A DNA stretch of 64,000 nt from Malacoraja senta (taxonomy: Eukaryota): positions 23,128,001 through 23,192,000 of the forward strand of contig CM075989.1 of the NCBI GenBank assembly GCA_038087875.1, given 5' to 3'. Position numbers and translations under genes: made by a program. The notes beneath the pieces are model-generated. The model searched no databases. It was given only the letters and a program-made list of their open reading frames with translations, and was not told where the DNA came from. Of the stretch, positions 36,607 through 51,230 are shown piece by piece (the stretch's first letter is position 1; every line of letters starts with the position of its first letter).

Positions 36607-39600
36607 AACAAGGACGGGCAACATTCCGGGTTGGGACCGAAACGTTGCCCGTCTGAAGGTTTGTGACCCGAAACATCGCCCGTCCTCTTTCTCCAGAGGT
36701 GTCGCCTGTCCCACTGAGTTACAAACAGGAAGACACAGTGGCACAGCACCCGTAGGCAGTATCGAACCGGGGTTTCTGGCGCTGTAAGGCAGCAGATCTA
36801 CCGCTGCCCCACTGCGACCGTGAGCTTATCATTTGGTAAACTAGGAGCAAGTGCCCAATCCTGACACTCCCTTCCCAGTAGTATATATTTTATTGAGGTC
36901 ATTAACCACATAAAATATGTCCGCATCTCAAGGTTAAAGAGCTGCCTGCTTCTTACATCAGCATTTATCTACTTTGGAACGGAAGAAGTTGACCTGACAT
37001 GTTAAACTATAATGCGTTAAGTTTAATACAAGAACAGCAAAGCCAGGAACCACCCTGAACTGTTAGCCTTGCTCACATCTGGTTTGGTGCATAGACCAGC
37101 TGTGTTGCTATAATCGGCGTGGCATGGTTGAGTTATTTGCTCCAGACTTAGAATGGCATTGGGGATAACGCATCAAGTGGCAAACTCCAAGGGTAGATAT
37201 CTTATGCGTTGTGTTTTAAATTCTTGTCCCAATACCCAGCACAGGGTTGACTGTGAACCTTTCAAACCAAAAAAAGAATCGGGGGAGGGGTATCTGGATT
37301 TGGTCTATAGTTTGCAATGAAAATATAGGCAGAACACTCACTGTGAAAGACTGAACTCCATTTAGTGTAGTCAAAAAATGCTGGAGAAACTCAGCGGGTG
37401 AGGCAGCACCTATGGAGAAAAAAAGGAGTATGCGACATTTCTTCAACATAGGTGCTGCCTCACCCGCTGAGTTTCTCCAGCATTTTTTGTCTACTTTTGA
37501 TTTTTCCAGCATCTGCAATTCCGTCTTGAACTCCATTTAAAGCTCTATGTAAACATCACTCTGTTTGTTGGCTTAGAATATTCCAAACCAGTGTAAACTC
37601 TACTGATTACATCTGGATTACATTAGGTATTCCAAATAGATTTAATTGCAAAATTAAAGTTTTATTTGAAAAATCTCTGTGAGATTATGTATGACTCCGA
37701 GACCCTCTTTCTTTCAGGCACAAGTCTAGTTGAGTTTAGTTTATTGTCACGTGTAACCGAGGTACTGCGGAAAGCTTTTGTTGTGTGCTAACCAGTCAGC
37801 GGAAAGACAATACATGATTACAATCCAGACATTCACAGTGTATAGATACATGATAAGGGAATAACGTTTAGTGCCAGGTAAAGCCAGCAAAATCCAATCA
37901 AGGATAATCCGAGGATCACCAATAAGGTAGATAGTAGTTCAGGACCGCTCTCTAGTTGTGGTAGGATGATTCAGTTGCCTGATAACAGCTGGGAAGAAAC
38001 TGCCCCTGAATCTAGAGGTGTGCACTTTCACACTTCTGTACCTTTTGCCCTATGGGAGAGGGGAGAAGAGGGAGTAGCCGGGGTGAGACTGGTCCTTAAT
38101 TATGCTGCTGGCCTTGCCGAGGCAGCTTGAGTTGTAGATGGATTCAAGGTTCTAGTGATCAAATCTAGTGATTTGCCAGAGGTCAGAGAACAGGGACATG
38201 TAGATTATAATCAGAAGACCAAAGTGAAGAGATGGGGCCATCTTCCTCAGGCATTATGAATTCATATTTAACAGAGAGGCTTTGTCGGACATACTCTATT
38301 TATCAGACCTACAGTCTGAAGATGGGTCTCGACCCAAAACGTCACTCATTCATTCTCTCCAGAGATGCTGCCTGTCCCGCTGAGTTACTCCAGCATTTTG
38401 TGTCTATCTTCGATTTAAACCAGCATCTGCAGTTCCTTCCTACTACTTTATTTGTGTTGTGTTTGAGACGCCAATATCATTGACGCAGCCACCATTATTG
38501 GTCTCATGCTCCAATTCTTCTGAACAGAGTGTTTGGCATCTTCCTTGAGCATAGTGAAGCTGTTCCCCCAGTCTTATTGGGTCAACAATTACAGTCATAG
38601 AGCCATAGCGCAAGGAAACAGGCCCTTCAGCCCTACTTGCCCATGCCGACCAACATGTCCCATCTGCACTCGTCCCACATGCCCGCGTTTGCCCCATATC
38701 CCTCTAAGCCTTTCCGATTCATGTATCCGTCCAAAAATATTTTAAATGCTGTTATTTAACTACCTCCTCTGGCAGCTCATTCCACCGGCCCACCGCCCTC
38801 TGCATGAAAAGGCTGTTGCTCAGGTTCCGATTAAATCTTTCCCCTCTCACCTTAAATTATTATCACCTTAATCCTACCACCAACTAGAGAGCGGTCCTGA
38901 CCTCCTATCTACCTGGTTGGAGACCCTCAGACTATCTTTAATCGGACTTTACAGGATTTGACCTTGCACTAAACGTTATTCCCTTTGCACTGTATATGTA
39001 CATTGTGGACGGCTCGATTGTAACCACGCAGAGACCTTGCGTTGACTGGATTACTCGCAACAAAAAAGCTTTTCACTTTACCTTGGGACACGCGACAATA
39101 ATGAACTAAACTAAAACAAAGGTAAAGAGAAACAGGGCCTTGATAATGAAAAGAATTACAATGAATTCTGTCCACGTGAAGAGATCGAAACTCTACCGGT
39201 TTAACTGAAGACTCATGTTTAATGGATTCCACATTGTTTTATTGCAGCAAAACATGAGAACTTCAGATGTTATCAATGTGTTTTACACCCCTGATTGAAA
39301 GTTGGCACATTACTCATACCCTTTAGTATAAAGTACTGAATTTGACCCTCTGTTTATGCACCATTGTATTGCAGTCAGTGCGAGGAAGGCCAGCAATTTA
39401 GAACACAAAGCCACATTAATTTTCAGTGTTGGATTCTATGCTTGTTTGGTGTGTTAAATATGTAATGCCTGCAGCAAAAATACCCAACTGCATCCCCCTG
39501 CAACTTAGAGACATAGTGCATGGTAACAGGCCCTTCGGCCCAACTAGCCCTCACCAACCAACCAACATTCCCCATCTGCACTAGTCCCACCTGCCTGTAT

Positions 39601-42600
39601 TTGACCCATATCCCGCAAAACCTGTCCTATCCATATACCTGTCTAAATGTTTCTTAAACATTGTGATGGTACCTGCCTCAACTACCTCCTCCGGCAGCTC
39701 GTTCCACCACCCTCTATGTAAAAAAAGTTACTCCTCAGGTTCCTATTAAATCTTTCCCCCCTTACCTTAAACCTATGTCCTCTGGTTCTCGATTCCCCAC
39801 TCTGGGCATTCTATTGCCCTCATGAGCCAGGTATGAGAAGGAACTCTTCCACCCAGTGTGGTCAATGTTTGGATCAAGCTTCATCACTCTTGCCTCTTAG
39901 TCGATGAACAACTCCATTCAAAATCCTTAATCTTGCGAAACCAAATTTGTCCATGGATCATGATGGGGAAAGTGGATCAAAGCAGGGCTTCAGGGAAGAT
40001 TGGGCCTGGCGTCAGGTGGGATAAGGACTGGGTCGTTAGACCGTCTGGTGATAATGGTGTGGGTGAAGGGGTTGGTGGTCATTGGGCTCAGGATCAGAAG
40101 CAGGGTTTAGTTTAGTTTAGAGATACAATGTGACAACAGGCCCTTCGGCCCATCAAATCCTCGCCGACCAGCGATCCCAGCACATTAACACTATCCTACA
40201 CACCCTGGGGATAATTTACATTTACACCAAACCAATTAACCTACAAACCTGTACGTCTTTGGAGTGTGGGAGGAAACCGAAGATCTCGGAGAAAACCCAC
40301 GCAAGTCACGGGGAGAAAGTACAAATTCTGTACAGACTGCACCCGTTAGTCAGGATCGAACCCAGGTCTCTGGCGCTGCAAGCGCTGTAAGGCAGCAACT
40401 CTACCGCTGCGCCACCATGCCGCCCACAGGGACTGCCACAGAGGTGGAATTCTCTGCCACAGAAGGCAGTTGATGCCAATCACTGGATGTATTCAAGAGA
40501 GAGTCAGATATAGCTCTTCGGGATAACGGAATCAAGGGATTATGGGGAGAAGGCAGGAACAGGGTACTGATTTTGGATGATCAGCCATGACCACATTGAA
40601 TGGTGGCGCTGGCTCGAAGGGCCGAATGGCCGACTCCTGCACCTATTTTCTGCTTCTAAGCAAGTAGGATTGAAAGCATGGAGATTGAATGCAGATACGA
40701 TGAGGGGTTTGGAGGCAGCAAGGACATGCAGTGAGAGAACCTGAGAACAATAGCAGGAGGCAGACAGTGGAGCAGACATGAACAAGGAGGATTGTGGGAA
40801 GATGAACAACTTGGACTCCCAGAAGGTGTTTTTTAGTTCAGTTTAGAGATACAGCGCAGAAACAAGCCCTTCGGCCCATCGAGTCTGCACCAACCAGTGA
40901 TTCCCGCACACTAACACTATCCTACATACAAACATACAAACTCCGTACAGACAAGCACCTGTAGTAAGGGTCTGTGAGGAAGGGTCTCGACCCAAACGTC
41001 ACCCATTCCTTCTCTCCAGAGATGCTGCCTGTCCCGCAGAGTAACTCCAGCTTTTTGTGTCCACCTCCAGATTTATTAGTGATGATCTTATGCCTATGGC
41101 TTCCATACTGGGGGGAACATAAAACTGTCTTTGGAACTGATAAACTGCTATGGACCTTAACCATGGCCGTTAATTCCTTCTGAATACGTTAAAACTTTAC
41201 AAAAATAGTGCTCAATAAAGTTAATGCCAGCACAAAGAAAAACAACGTTTCAGTGCCGTAATTATCCAGTTATAAACATGCTCATATGTACGATTACCAA
41301 AGCCTCGATGAATGACCTTTTTGTGGTAAGCAATTGCAAATGTGACTTACTTTCCGAGCAATGTGCTGAGCTCCTCCTACGCCAGTGTGTAAGAAGCCCG
41401 TACAGAGTAAGGGCTTTGTATTCGAGCAGTATTAATTACATGTAGGTATCTCACTGAAGTTTAGAGTGCCTGGATTTTTTTTTCCCTGACTCAGGCTAAA
41501 ACTTGCCTCTGTGTATTTTTTCCCCCTGGATTTCTCAGTTCTCATTCCACAAATTATCTTCAAAAAAAATAATGAGTCCAGTGATTGGTGCAATAACATG
41601 GTCTTGCTAGAAAACAACATTCATGTTTTTCCTCAACAATTTACAAGCCATGTGCTCTGGACAGAGACCAAACTAGAATAGATGAACTTTTCATGCAGAA
41701 TATAATTTGTGGTTGTTGTGATAAATGAGGGGGAAGTTGTTATTTGATTACAATTTTCGCTGATCCAGTAAGTTAAAAGTCCATTATTTTGCCCGGCGAT
41801 TTTCATGTGTAACAGATGCCTTTCACTCGAGATGTAGTGTTCAATAGCCTGATGGTTGTTGGGAAGAAGCTGCTCCTGAACCTGGACGTCACAGTTTTCA
41901 AGCTCCTGTACCTTCTTCACGATGGCAGGGGTGAAATGAGAGGGGGGCCAGGGTGGTGTGGGTCTCTGATGATGCTGGCTGCCTTTTTGAGGCAGCGAGT
42001 CCTGTAGATCCCTTCGATGGTAGGGAGGTCAGTACCTGTGATGGACTGGGCAGTGTTCACCACTTTTTGCAATCTTCTTCAGTCCTGGCTGTTGGAGTTA
42101 CTGAACCAGACCGCGTACACGCTCTACTGCACACCTGTAGAAGCTCAAGAGAGAATTTGTCGACAAGGGGGAACAAAACAAGGGATACAGGGAGAGAGTT
42201 GTTACAGGGCTTTACCTTTGGATGATCAAACATGATCATTTAGGTTCCAAGGAACTAATGCCCTTATTTCCTATAGATTAACATCCCTTTGGAATTCAAA
42301 AATTCTATGTCCTAATTGTCCTAGTTTCATCCTCAACTTAATTTGTGAAATTCAAGCTCCCTTTCGTAGTCTTGTGCTAACTTTGCCCAATTATCCTGAA
42401 GTCTCTTCCTCAATGACAGATACCAACATCTCCCTAATGACTGATGTCAAGTGCAGTTAGCTAATACGTTGTCTAATTGTTGGAAATGGCAATAAAATCG
42501 TTAAATGTGGTGAGAGGGTAAAGTTTCTGGAGCATATTATCCACAATGCTTGAAATGATTTCCATCCAATTGCAGTGTGGTCCACTCCATTAAGAGTCAC

Positions 42601-43372
42601 AAGATTATTAAGCATGATGGGTCATGCTCCTATTTAGTTTAGAGATACAGCGCGCCCACCGAGTCTGTGCAGACCATCCTACACACACTAGGGACAATTA
42701 CAATTCTTACCGGAGCCAATCAACCTACAAATCTGTAGGTCTTTGGAGTGTGGGAGGAAACCGGAGCACCCGGCGAAAACCCACTCGGGTCACGGGGAGA
42801 AGGTACAAACTCCGTACGTACAAACAATAGTCAGGATTGAACCGGGGTCTCTGGCGCTGTGAGGGAGCAACTCTACTGCTGCGCCATTTAAGTGCTTAAA
42901 TCACAGCTGCAGCAGGTGTGACCTGTTGATTTGCAGTGGGCAGCGGTGGTTGCCAGCTTCTGCACTGCTGTAGGGAGCCAAGTCAAACATCATTACCCTT
43001 GGTGCAAGAGTCAAGAAGGCTCATTCTGCCAGAGATTAGTGACAGGACCAAAATAAATCCTGTAGATTGTTTTACCAACTCTAAAAATGAGTCCGAAATC
43101 TGCCAAGATTACCCCCACCTGAATTAGCAGATCCTGCCATTGGCAAAGTACCAGGTCAAAGCCCTTGGTTAAACAGTTAATTTAAATGATTAAATACCAC
43201 AGTAGAGTTGCTGCTTCACAGCGTCAGAGACCCGGGATCCATCCTGACTACGGGTGCGGTCTGTATGGAATTAGTACGTTCTCCCCGTGACCTGCGTGGG
43301 TTTCTTCCCGCTCTCCAAACACGTACAGGTTTGTAGGTTAATTGGCTTGGTATAATTGTAAATTGTCCCTAT

Positions 43373-43742
43373 CATGGGCCGCGGAATCCAGGGGGGAGGG
43401 GGGGGCTGCAGCCCCTCCACTTTTTTGGCGAGACATGCTTCATAACCCGAAATTATCCGGCCGACAGGCGTATTTTTCTCTTCTTCTGAGGACCTCGGAC
43501 ATCCAGAATCTCAGAACACGCGCACAGTGAGCGCGGTAAAACCAAAGATCATAGAGCAGAGCTCCGTGCTGTGATCTTTGGGCAAAACCACGACCAGCCG
43601 TGGCGGAAACCGACTGCCCCCCCCCCCACCAAAACCCTCCCTCCCCTCCACTCAACGGTCAATCACAGCACGGTTCACATTCGAGATATGGGGCAGTGAG
43701 CGAAGCGCTGTGATTGGCCGCCGAACGGAAGGGAGGGTGGGC

Positions 43743-43786
<44 letters not shown>

Positions 43787-44000
43787 AGGGGATGGGGGAT
43801 ATATCCCCCCACTTTTTGAGTTATCCCCCAGTTTTTGGAGGTCGAGCAACAACAAAAAATAATCATTGTGCCATCCTCCCCCCCCCCCCCCCCCCCCCCG
43901 CTTGGTCGCTCCGCTCCCTTACCGGGTACCCACCCCCGAGGCCGGTGATCAGTGATCGCTCAGCCCCCCCCCCACTTTCAAAAACGTTCCGCGGCCCCTG
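43373..44000. mobile_element. GC-rich hAT-like non-autonomous element with (GA)n and G/C runs
   Basis: Termini CATGGGCCGCGGAA / TTCCGCGGCCCCTG, inserted in an HE1 SINE. No clear TSD. Confidence 0.7.
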
Positions 44001-46130
44001 CACTGTGTATGAATGGTAGTATTAGTATGACAAACTCTGCCAGTGATTTGGCAGACTAATCAGTTCTGGACCTCAGCTATTAATTACCTAATGTTAATTA
44101 TTTAGACGAAAGAATCAGATCTACGAGGGTCTCGACCCGAAACATCACCAATTATTCCTCTCCAGCGATGCTGACTGTCCCGCTGAGTTGCTCTGTGTCT
44201 ATCTTCGGTTTGTGTCTATCTTCGGTTTAAACCAGCATCTGCAGTTCCTTCCTATGCATGCTACATTACAGGTTGTTGGTGATACAAAGATAGGTGGGAA
44301 CACTGTAAGGAAGACTCACAGAGCCTGCAAAGAGACATTGACAGTAGGGAATATAATGGCAGATGGAGTATAATGAGAATAAATATGAAATGTATCTACA
44401 TTTGAAGGAAGAATAAAGATTATGGCATTTAAGTAAACTGAAATATTAAAGTGTGGTGTTTATAGAAAGCCTGTTGTCTTTGTACAAACAGGATATTACT
44501 AATTACTAATTCGACACTCATGTTAACATCCTGAAAAAGGAAATGAGTAAGTAATAAAACATCAAATGGTGGTTTTTATTGCAACCAATGTGGAATAAAA
44601 AGTAGGGACATTTTGCTTTAGGCTTTGATGTGACTTCAACCTGGATGACAATGTACAGTGTTAAAGAAGGAACTGCAGATGCTGGAAAATCGAAGGTACA
44701 CAAAAATGCTGGAGAAACTCAGCGGGTGCAGCAGCATCTATGGAGCGAAGGAAATAGGTAACGTTTCGGGCCGAAACGTTACCTATTTCCTTCGCTCCAT
44801 AGATGACAATGTACAGTCGTTGTTCTGCTTTAGTCCTTTTCCATTCTAGACCTTTGGGGATAAATAGAAGTTTCCCCCGATCGTTTTAATATAGCGCTTC
44901 ACTTTCTTTGAGTGAATTTTGCATTTTGAGCCTTAAAGCTCTTGCCCAACAGTTGGTCACGACTGGCGGATGTTTCGGGTCGAGACCCTTCTTCAGACTG
45001 AAGGGTCTCGACCCGAAACGTCACCCATTCCTTCTCTCCAGAGATGCTGCCCGTCCCGCTGAGTTACTCCAGCATTTTGGGTCTACCTTCGATTTAAACC
45101 AGCATCTGCAGTTCCTTCCATACACATAAAGTAACTTATCCATTACAAAAGACTGATCTAAATTCCGTAAGTCAAAAAATTGTTGACCTTGAGTTTTTCC
45201 ATTTGAAATTCCATCTGGCAGAATTTGCCATTCAATTTCTGTAATTCTGCCCTTTGTATCTTTCAACTTGCAATGTTGTGGATGGGTGTTGTCAGTAAAC
45301 TAAGATAGATGAGGCTGGATACGTATATAGCACAGAGCAGGCCATCTGAACTCTGCTCTGAAAATGGGTTATTTCCAGAGTGGAATGCATTGCAATGATA
45401 TCCAGGTCAGATCGCACCATTCCAGAAATTCAAACAGGCATCTCACCACAAAACATGCGTGCACTGAGGATGCATTTTCTGTGTCCGACATGCGTGGAAT
45501 ATTGCCCTCCTCTTTTAGAGTATTGCCTTGTATCTAGCTGGTGAGAGGACGGTTCAGTCGCCTGATAACAGCTGGGAAGAAACTATCCCTGAATCTGGAG
45601 GTGTGCATTTCCACACTTCGGTACCTCTTGCCCGATGGAAGAGGGAGGGACTGGTCCTTGATTACGCTGGTGGACTCCCCGAGGCAGCGTGAAGTGTAAA
45701 CAGAGTCGACACTTAAGCCATTCAGCAATTAAGCCATTATGGCCATTGAATCTACTCACAGTTAACCTGGCCGCATATGTTAGGAACCTGAAGGGTGGGA
45801 CAGTGGTGCAGCGGGTAGACCTGCTACCTCATAGCGCCAGAGAACAGGCTTTGATCCAGACCTCGGGAGCAGTCTGTGTGGAGTTTGCAGAGGGAGAGAA
45901 GAGGGAGTGACCGGGGTGAGGTGGTCCTTGATGATGCTGCTGGCCTTGCCGAGGCAGCGTGATGTGTAGATGGAATCAATTGGAAGTGAGATTGGTTTGC
46001 GTGATGGTCTGGGCTTTGTGGTCTTATATTGATACATATAAGATCCTAAGAGGACATGACAGGCTAGATGTTGAGAAGCTTTCACCAGTGCAAGAGTCTA
46101 GGTTGAGGAGACATAGTTCAAGCTAAGGTA

Positions 46131-46350
46131 AGGGCCTGTCCCACTTGGGCGTCATTCGCGCGTCGCGCAGGTGGCGTGCAAAGATTTTGTACATCCCAAA
46201 ATACTGGGAGCCGCGCGCGACCGCGCGTCACTGCCTACGCCACCATGCACCATGCGCGAGTAATGCGCACCATGCGTGCGTTGTGCGTCGTGACGTGTTA
46301 ATGATGTCGCGTAAATGACGCGCAAATAACGCCCAAGTGGGACAGGCCCT
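46131..46350. mobile_element. PIF/Harbinger-like MITE
   Basis: TIR AGGGCCTGTCCCACTTGGGCG / CGCCCAAGTGGGACAGGCCCT with a 3-bp TSD GTA. Confidence 0.85.
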
Positions 46351-46957
46351 GTAGTGATCGCTATAACTGAGGTACATAGACATTGCTTCTTGTAAGCGGT
46401 GATGAGTCTCTGGAATTCTTTACTCCAGAGGTGTTTATTAGGCAGAGATAGATAGATTTTTGATTAGTACGGGTGTCAGGGGTTACGGGGAGAAGGCAGG
46501 AGAATGGGGTTCTGAGGGAGAGATAGATCAGCCATGATTGAATGGTGGAGTAGACTTGATGGGCCGAATGGGCTTAATTGTGCTCCTATCACTTATGATC
46601 TTATGAATCTGATTACTACACGCCAGTAATCTGTCGCTGGGAATTCCTGAATCTTTTTTTGACCGTCACTGACCATAAATTGTCAACTCTTCAATAATTT
46701 TAAGTTGAAACTTTTAGTGAAACCACACCTGGAGATACAAATTAATTTTAATCCAAGTCGGCACATTGACTGCCAGGATCTGCGGCAGATAGACTCGATG
46801 GGCCGAATGGCCTAATTCTGCCCCTGTCACTGATGTTGTGATGAACTTGTCAGCTAATCAGAGGCAGGTGGTATGTGGAGTAGCTGCGGAATAATTGAAT
46901 CTCTGCTTTTCTCACCTGATTTACGACGTTGCCAGGTAGCTTCTGGCAGCAGGGATG

Positions 46958-47157
46958 NNNNNNNNNNNNNNNNNNNNNNNNNNNNNNNNNNNNNNNNNNN
47001 NNNNNNNNNNNNNNNNNNNNNNNNNNNNNNNNNNNNNNNNNNNNNNNNNNNNNNNNNNNNNNNNNNNNNNNNNNNNNNNNNNNNNNNNNNNNNNNNNNNN
47101 NNNNNNNNNNNNNNNNNNNNNNNNNNNNNNNNNNNNNNNNNNNNNNNNNNNNNNNNN
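46958..47157. other. Assembly gap (200 N)
   Basis: Run of N. Confidence 1.
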
Positions 47158-50100
47158 ATGGTCCATTAAAATATTAATGCCTGCAGCAAGATCCATTAAA
47201 GGCCGGCTAAACAAATGTGTCGGAAGGAACTGCAGATGCTGGTTTATGCCAAGGATAGACACAAAATGCTTAAGAATAGGTGTTCCACAAATCAGGGCCA
47301 GCAATTGATGATCTGAGGAAGGGTAGAGCCCACAATGGTCCATTGTTGGCTGGGGAAGGTGTGATTACAAGAGGGATCCAAGGATTCCTACAGTGGAACT
47401 GGTCGGTACTCCTTGCCAGTCTTTGTCGGTGGACGGATAATTGATAGGCTGTTAAATGGGGAAACGAGAGACTGCAGATGGTGGAATCTTAAACAAAACA
47501 CAAAATGCTGGAGGAAAACTCAGTTGGTCAGGCAGCATCTGTGGAGGGATTGAACAGACCGTGTTTTGGGTTGGGGTCTTTCTTCAGGCTGGTTGAGCGG
47601 TGGGGGGGGGGGGGCGGGGGGGGGGTTGCCGCAACAGCAAACCCATGATAATCATGTATAGTCTGATTGCTTAATCATGAACAGTATAGTCTTTCCGCTG
47701 ACTGGATATGGATCGCACGCAGAAAACCCTTTTCACTGTACCTCGGTACGTGTGATATTAATGAACTAATGCCGCGTTCTTGTGCGGTGGTGCCTAGCTG
47801 GCTGAGTTTCCAGACCATTAGATGTACTTGTATCAATACCCAAACAGGCTATTCTATTCCTTTTTCCACATTTTACACAGTGGTTGAATCGTATTTCCCA
47901 GTGAGTGTAAAGGAAGCAGGGAATGTACAGGTACTCCAGCCTGTGTTTCTGTCCAGGTCACGCCAGGGTCACAGCCCTGACCCTGACCCTAACCCTGACG
48001 ACTACACCCTGCATTTCTGCTCTTGTTTTGGACTATTGAGCGAGACAGATTTCTGAACCATTGGATGCCAGATAATCAGAGTTCCCATGAATCATAGGAG
48101 CAGGATTAGGCCATTCGGCCCATCGTGTCTACTCCACCATTCATGGCTGATCTATCTTTCCCTCTCAACCCGATTCTCCTGCCTTCCCCCCATAACCATT
48201 TACGCCCATTCCTAAGCAAGAACCTGCCAATCTCTGCTTTAAAAATGCTCAATGACTTGGCCTCCACCGCCGTCTGTGGCAATGAAATAAAACCCATACA
48301 CTCAAGAGGTGGACAAAGGCAGGGTTTGATTGTTGTCATTCATAGAACACAGAACAGCACAGGAACAGGCCCTTCGGCCCGTTGTGCTTGTGCTGAACAT
48401 GATGCCAGGTTGAACTGATCTCACCTGCCTGTGCGTGATCCATATTCCTCTATACCCTGCACTTCCATGGGCCTGTCTAAAAGTTCTCTAACGCCACTAT
48501 CGTATCTGCCTCCACCACCACCCCTGGCAGCGCATTCAAGACCCCCACCACTCTGTGTAAATAAAAACATGCCCCGCACATCCCCATTAAACTTTCATCC
48601 TCTCACCTTATAGCTTCTAGTGTAGGACATTTCCACCCTATCTAGACTTCTCATCATTTTAAATACTTCTACAAAGTCTGCCCTCAACCTCTGACGTCGT
48701 TGAGAAAACAATCCAAGCCTATTCAACTTGGTTAGTGCGGGTATCTGGGGTTATGGGGCAAAGGCAGGAGAATGGGGTTGAGAGGGAAAGATTGATCAGC
48801 CATGATTGAATGGTGGAGTAGACTTGATGGGCCGAATGGCCTAATTTCTGCTCCAAAAACCTATGCATTGATGAACTTCTCCTTGTAGCTGAATCCCTCT
48901 AATCCCGGCATTCATTACACAATGTAGTCAGTCCGTGTTAAACATTGACAGCCATTAATTACAGACATTAGGATATGCGGATAGTCCTGAGTAGAGTTTC
49001 ATGTTACAGTGATAGAGTTGCCACTTCAAAGGCATCATCATCAGTGAAGTGTTAAAGAAGGAACTGCAGATGCTGGAAAATCGAAGGTACACAAAAATGC
49101 TGGAGAAACTTTAGCGGGTGCAGCAGCATCTATGGAGCAAAGGAAATAGGCAACGTTTCAGGCCAAAACCCTTTTTCAGACCCTTCATCAGTGAAGTGTC
49201 TGCTTGACATTTGACATGTGGGGAAGAGCTAGGCGTCATGTAAAGGAAGGGAGGGGCAACATAGTAGCAAACGAACAACATGCCTTCAATGTGTAGGAAG
49301 GAACTGCAGATGCTGGGTTTACATTGCAGATAGACACACAAAGCTGGAGCAACTCAGCGGGACAGACAGCATCTCTGGAGAGAAAGAATGGGTGAAGTTT
49401 CTGGTCAAGACCCTTCTTCAGACTGAGACTGGACGTGCCTTTAATAATTTTTACTGTTTTTCTCAGGTGATAATACTGTAGCTTTCTAATAAATCCAACT
49501 CTCATATAAATGATTTGATTGCTGGTACATTGCAGTACACCTGACCTGAAGTAGGAGTAAAGAAGGACCAGATTGATGTAATCTATTGCTGCTAATTGCC
49601 ACTTTGGTCCTATGTGGGTGAGGTAGACCGTGATTAAACTAGATCTCACTTTTTGTTTCCGGCACATTTCTAACTATAATTTACCACATTAGTTTAGTTT
49701 AGTTTATTATATTTGTCACGTGTACCGAGATAGACAATAGGTGCAGGAGTAGGCCATTCGGCCCTTCGAGCCAGCACCGCCATTCAATGTGATCATGGCT
49801 GATCATCCCCAATCAGTACCCCGTTCCTGCCTTCTCCCCATATCCCCTGACTCCGCTATCTTTAAAAGCCCTATCTAGTTCTCTCTTGAAAGTATCCAGA
49901 GAACCGGCCTCCACCGCCCTCTGAGGCAGAGAATTCCACAGACTCACAACTCTCTGTGTGAAAAAGAGTGAAAAGCTTTTTTGCTGCGTGCTATCCAGAC
50001 AGCGGAAAGACATGACATGATTACAATCAAACTGTCCACAGTGTACAGATACATGGTAAAGGGAATAATGTTTAGTGCAAGATAAAGTCCAGATTACAGA

Positions 50101-51230
50101 TATTCCACCTGATTGATGTCTTATCCTTTACTCTGAAATAGATACACAAAGCTGGAGCAATTCAGCAGGACAGGCAGCATCTCTGGAGAGAAGGAATGGG
50201 TGACGTTTCGGGTCAAGACCCTTCTTCAGACCCTAAACCTTTACTCCATGAGCTACCATCATAATGTGGTTGATCTACAAAATGCAAGGCAGTCACCTGC
50301 CTGGGCTACTTTAAAAAACCTCCCAAACTTGTGAACTCAACCACCAATATGAATAAGGGCGGCACAGTGACGCAGCGGTAGAGTTGTTGCCTCACAGCGT
50401 CAGAGACCCGGGTTCGATCCTGACTACGGGTGCTGTCTGTACGAAGTTTGTACGATCTCCCTGTGAATGAGTGGGATTTCTCCAGGTGCTCCGGTTTCCT
50501 CCCACACTCCACGGACATGCAGGTTAATCTGCTTTGGTAACATTGTAAATTGTCCCCCATGTGCCGGATAGTGTTAGTGTGCAGGGATCGCTGGTCGGCA
50601 CGGACTGGGTGGGTCGAAGGGCCTGTTTCCGCGCTGTATCTCTAAAGTCTGAAGCTCTAGGTGATTAGAACATCACTATCTACAGATTCCTCTCCAATTT
50701 GCACACATCCTGCAGGTCTGGCAGCGTCTCTGGAGAACATGGACAGGTGACATTTCAGGTCGAAAAGCTCCTTCAGTCAATAGACAATAGACAATAGGTG
50801 CAGGAGTAGGCCATTCGGCCCTTCGAGCCAGCACCGCCCATTCAATGTGATCATGGCTGATCATCCCCAATCAGTACCCCGTTCCTGCCTTCTCCCCATA
50901 TCCCCTGACTCCGCTATTTTTAAGAGCCCTATCTAGCTCTCTCTTGAAAGTATCCAGAGAATCTGCCTCCACCGCCCTCTGAGGCAGAGAATTCCACAGG
51001 CTCACCACTCTCTGTGAGAAAAAGTGTTTCCTCGTCTCCGTTCTAAATGGCTTACTCCTTATTCTTAAACTGTGGCCCCTGGTTCTGGCGCTGAGTCAGA
51101 GTCTGAAGAAGGGTCTCAACCTGAAACGTCACTTATCCATGTTCTCCAGAGATGCTGTCTGACTGGGGCGAAAAGGATACTGGTCGATTAGTTTAGTCTA
51201 GTTTGAATCTAGTTTAGTTAGTTTAGAATT

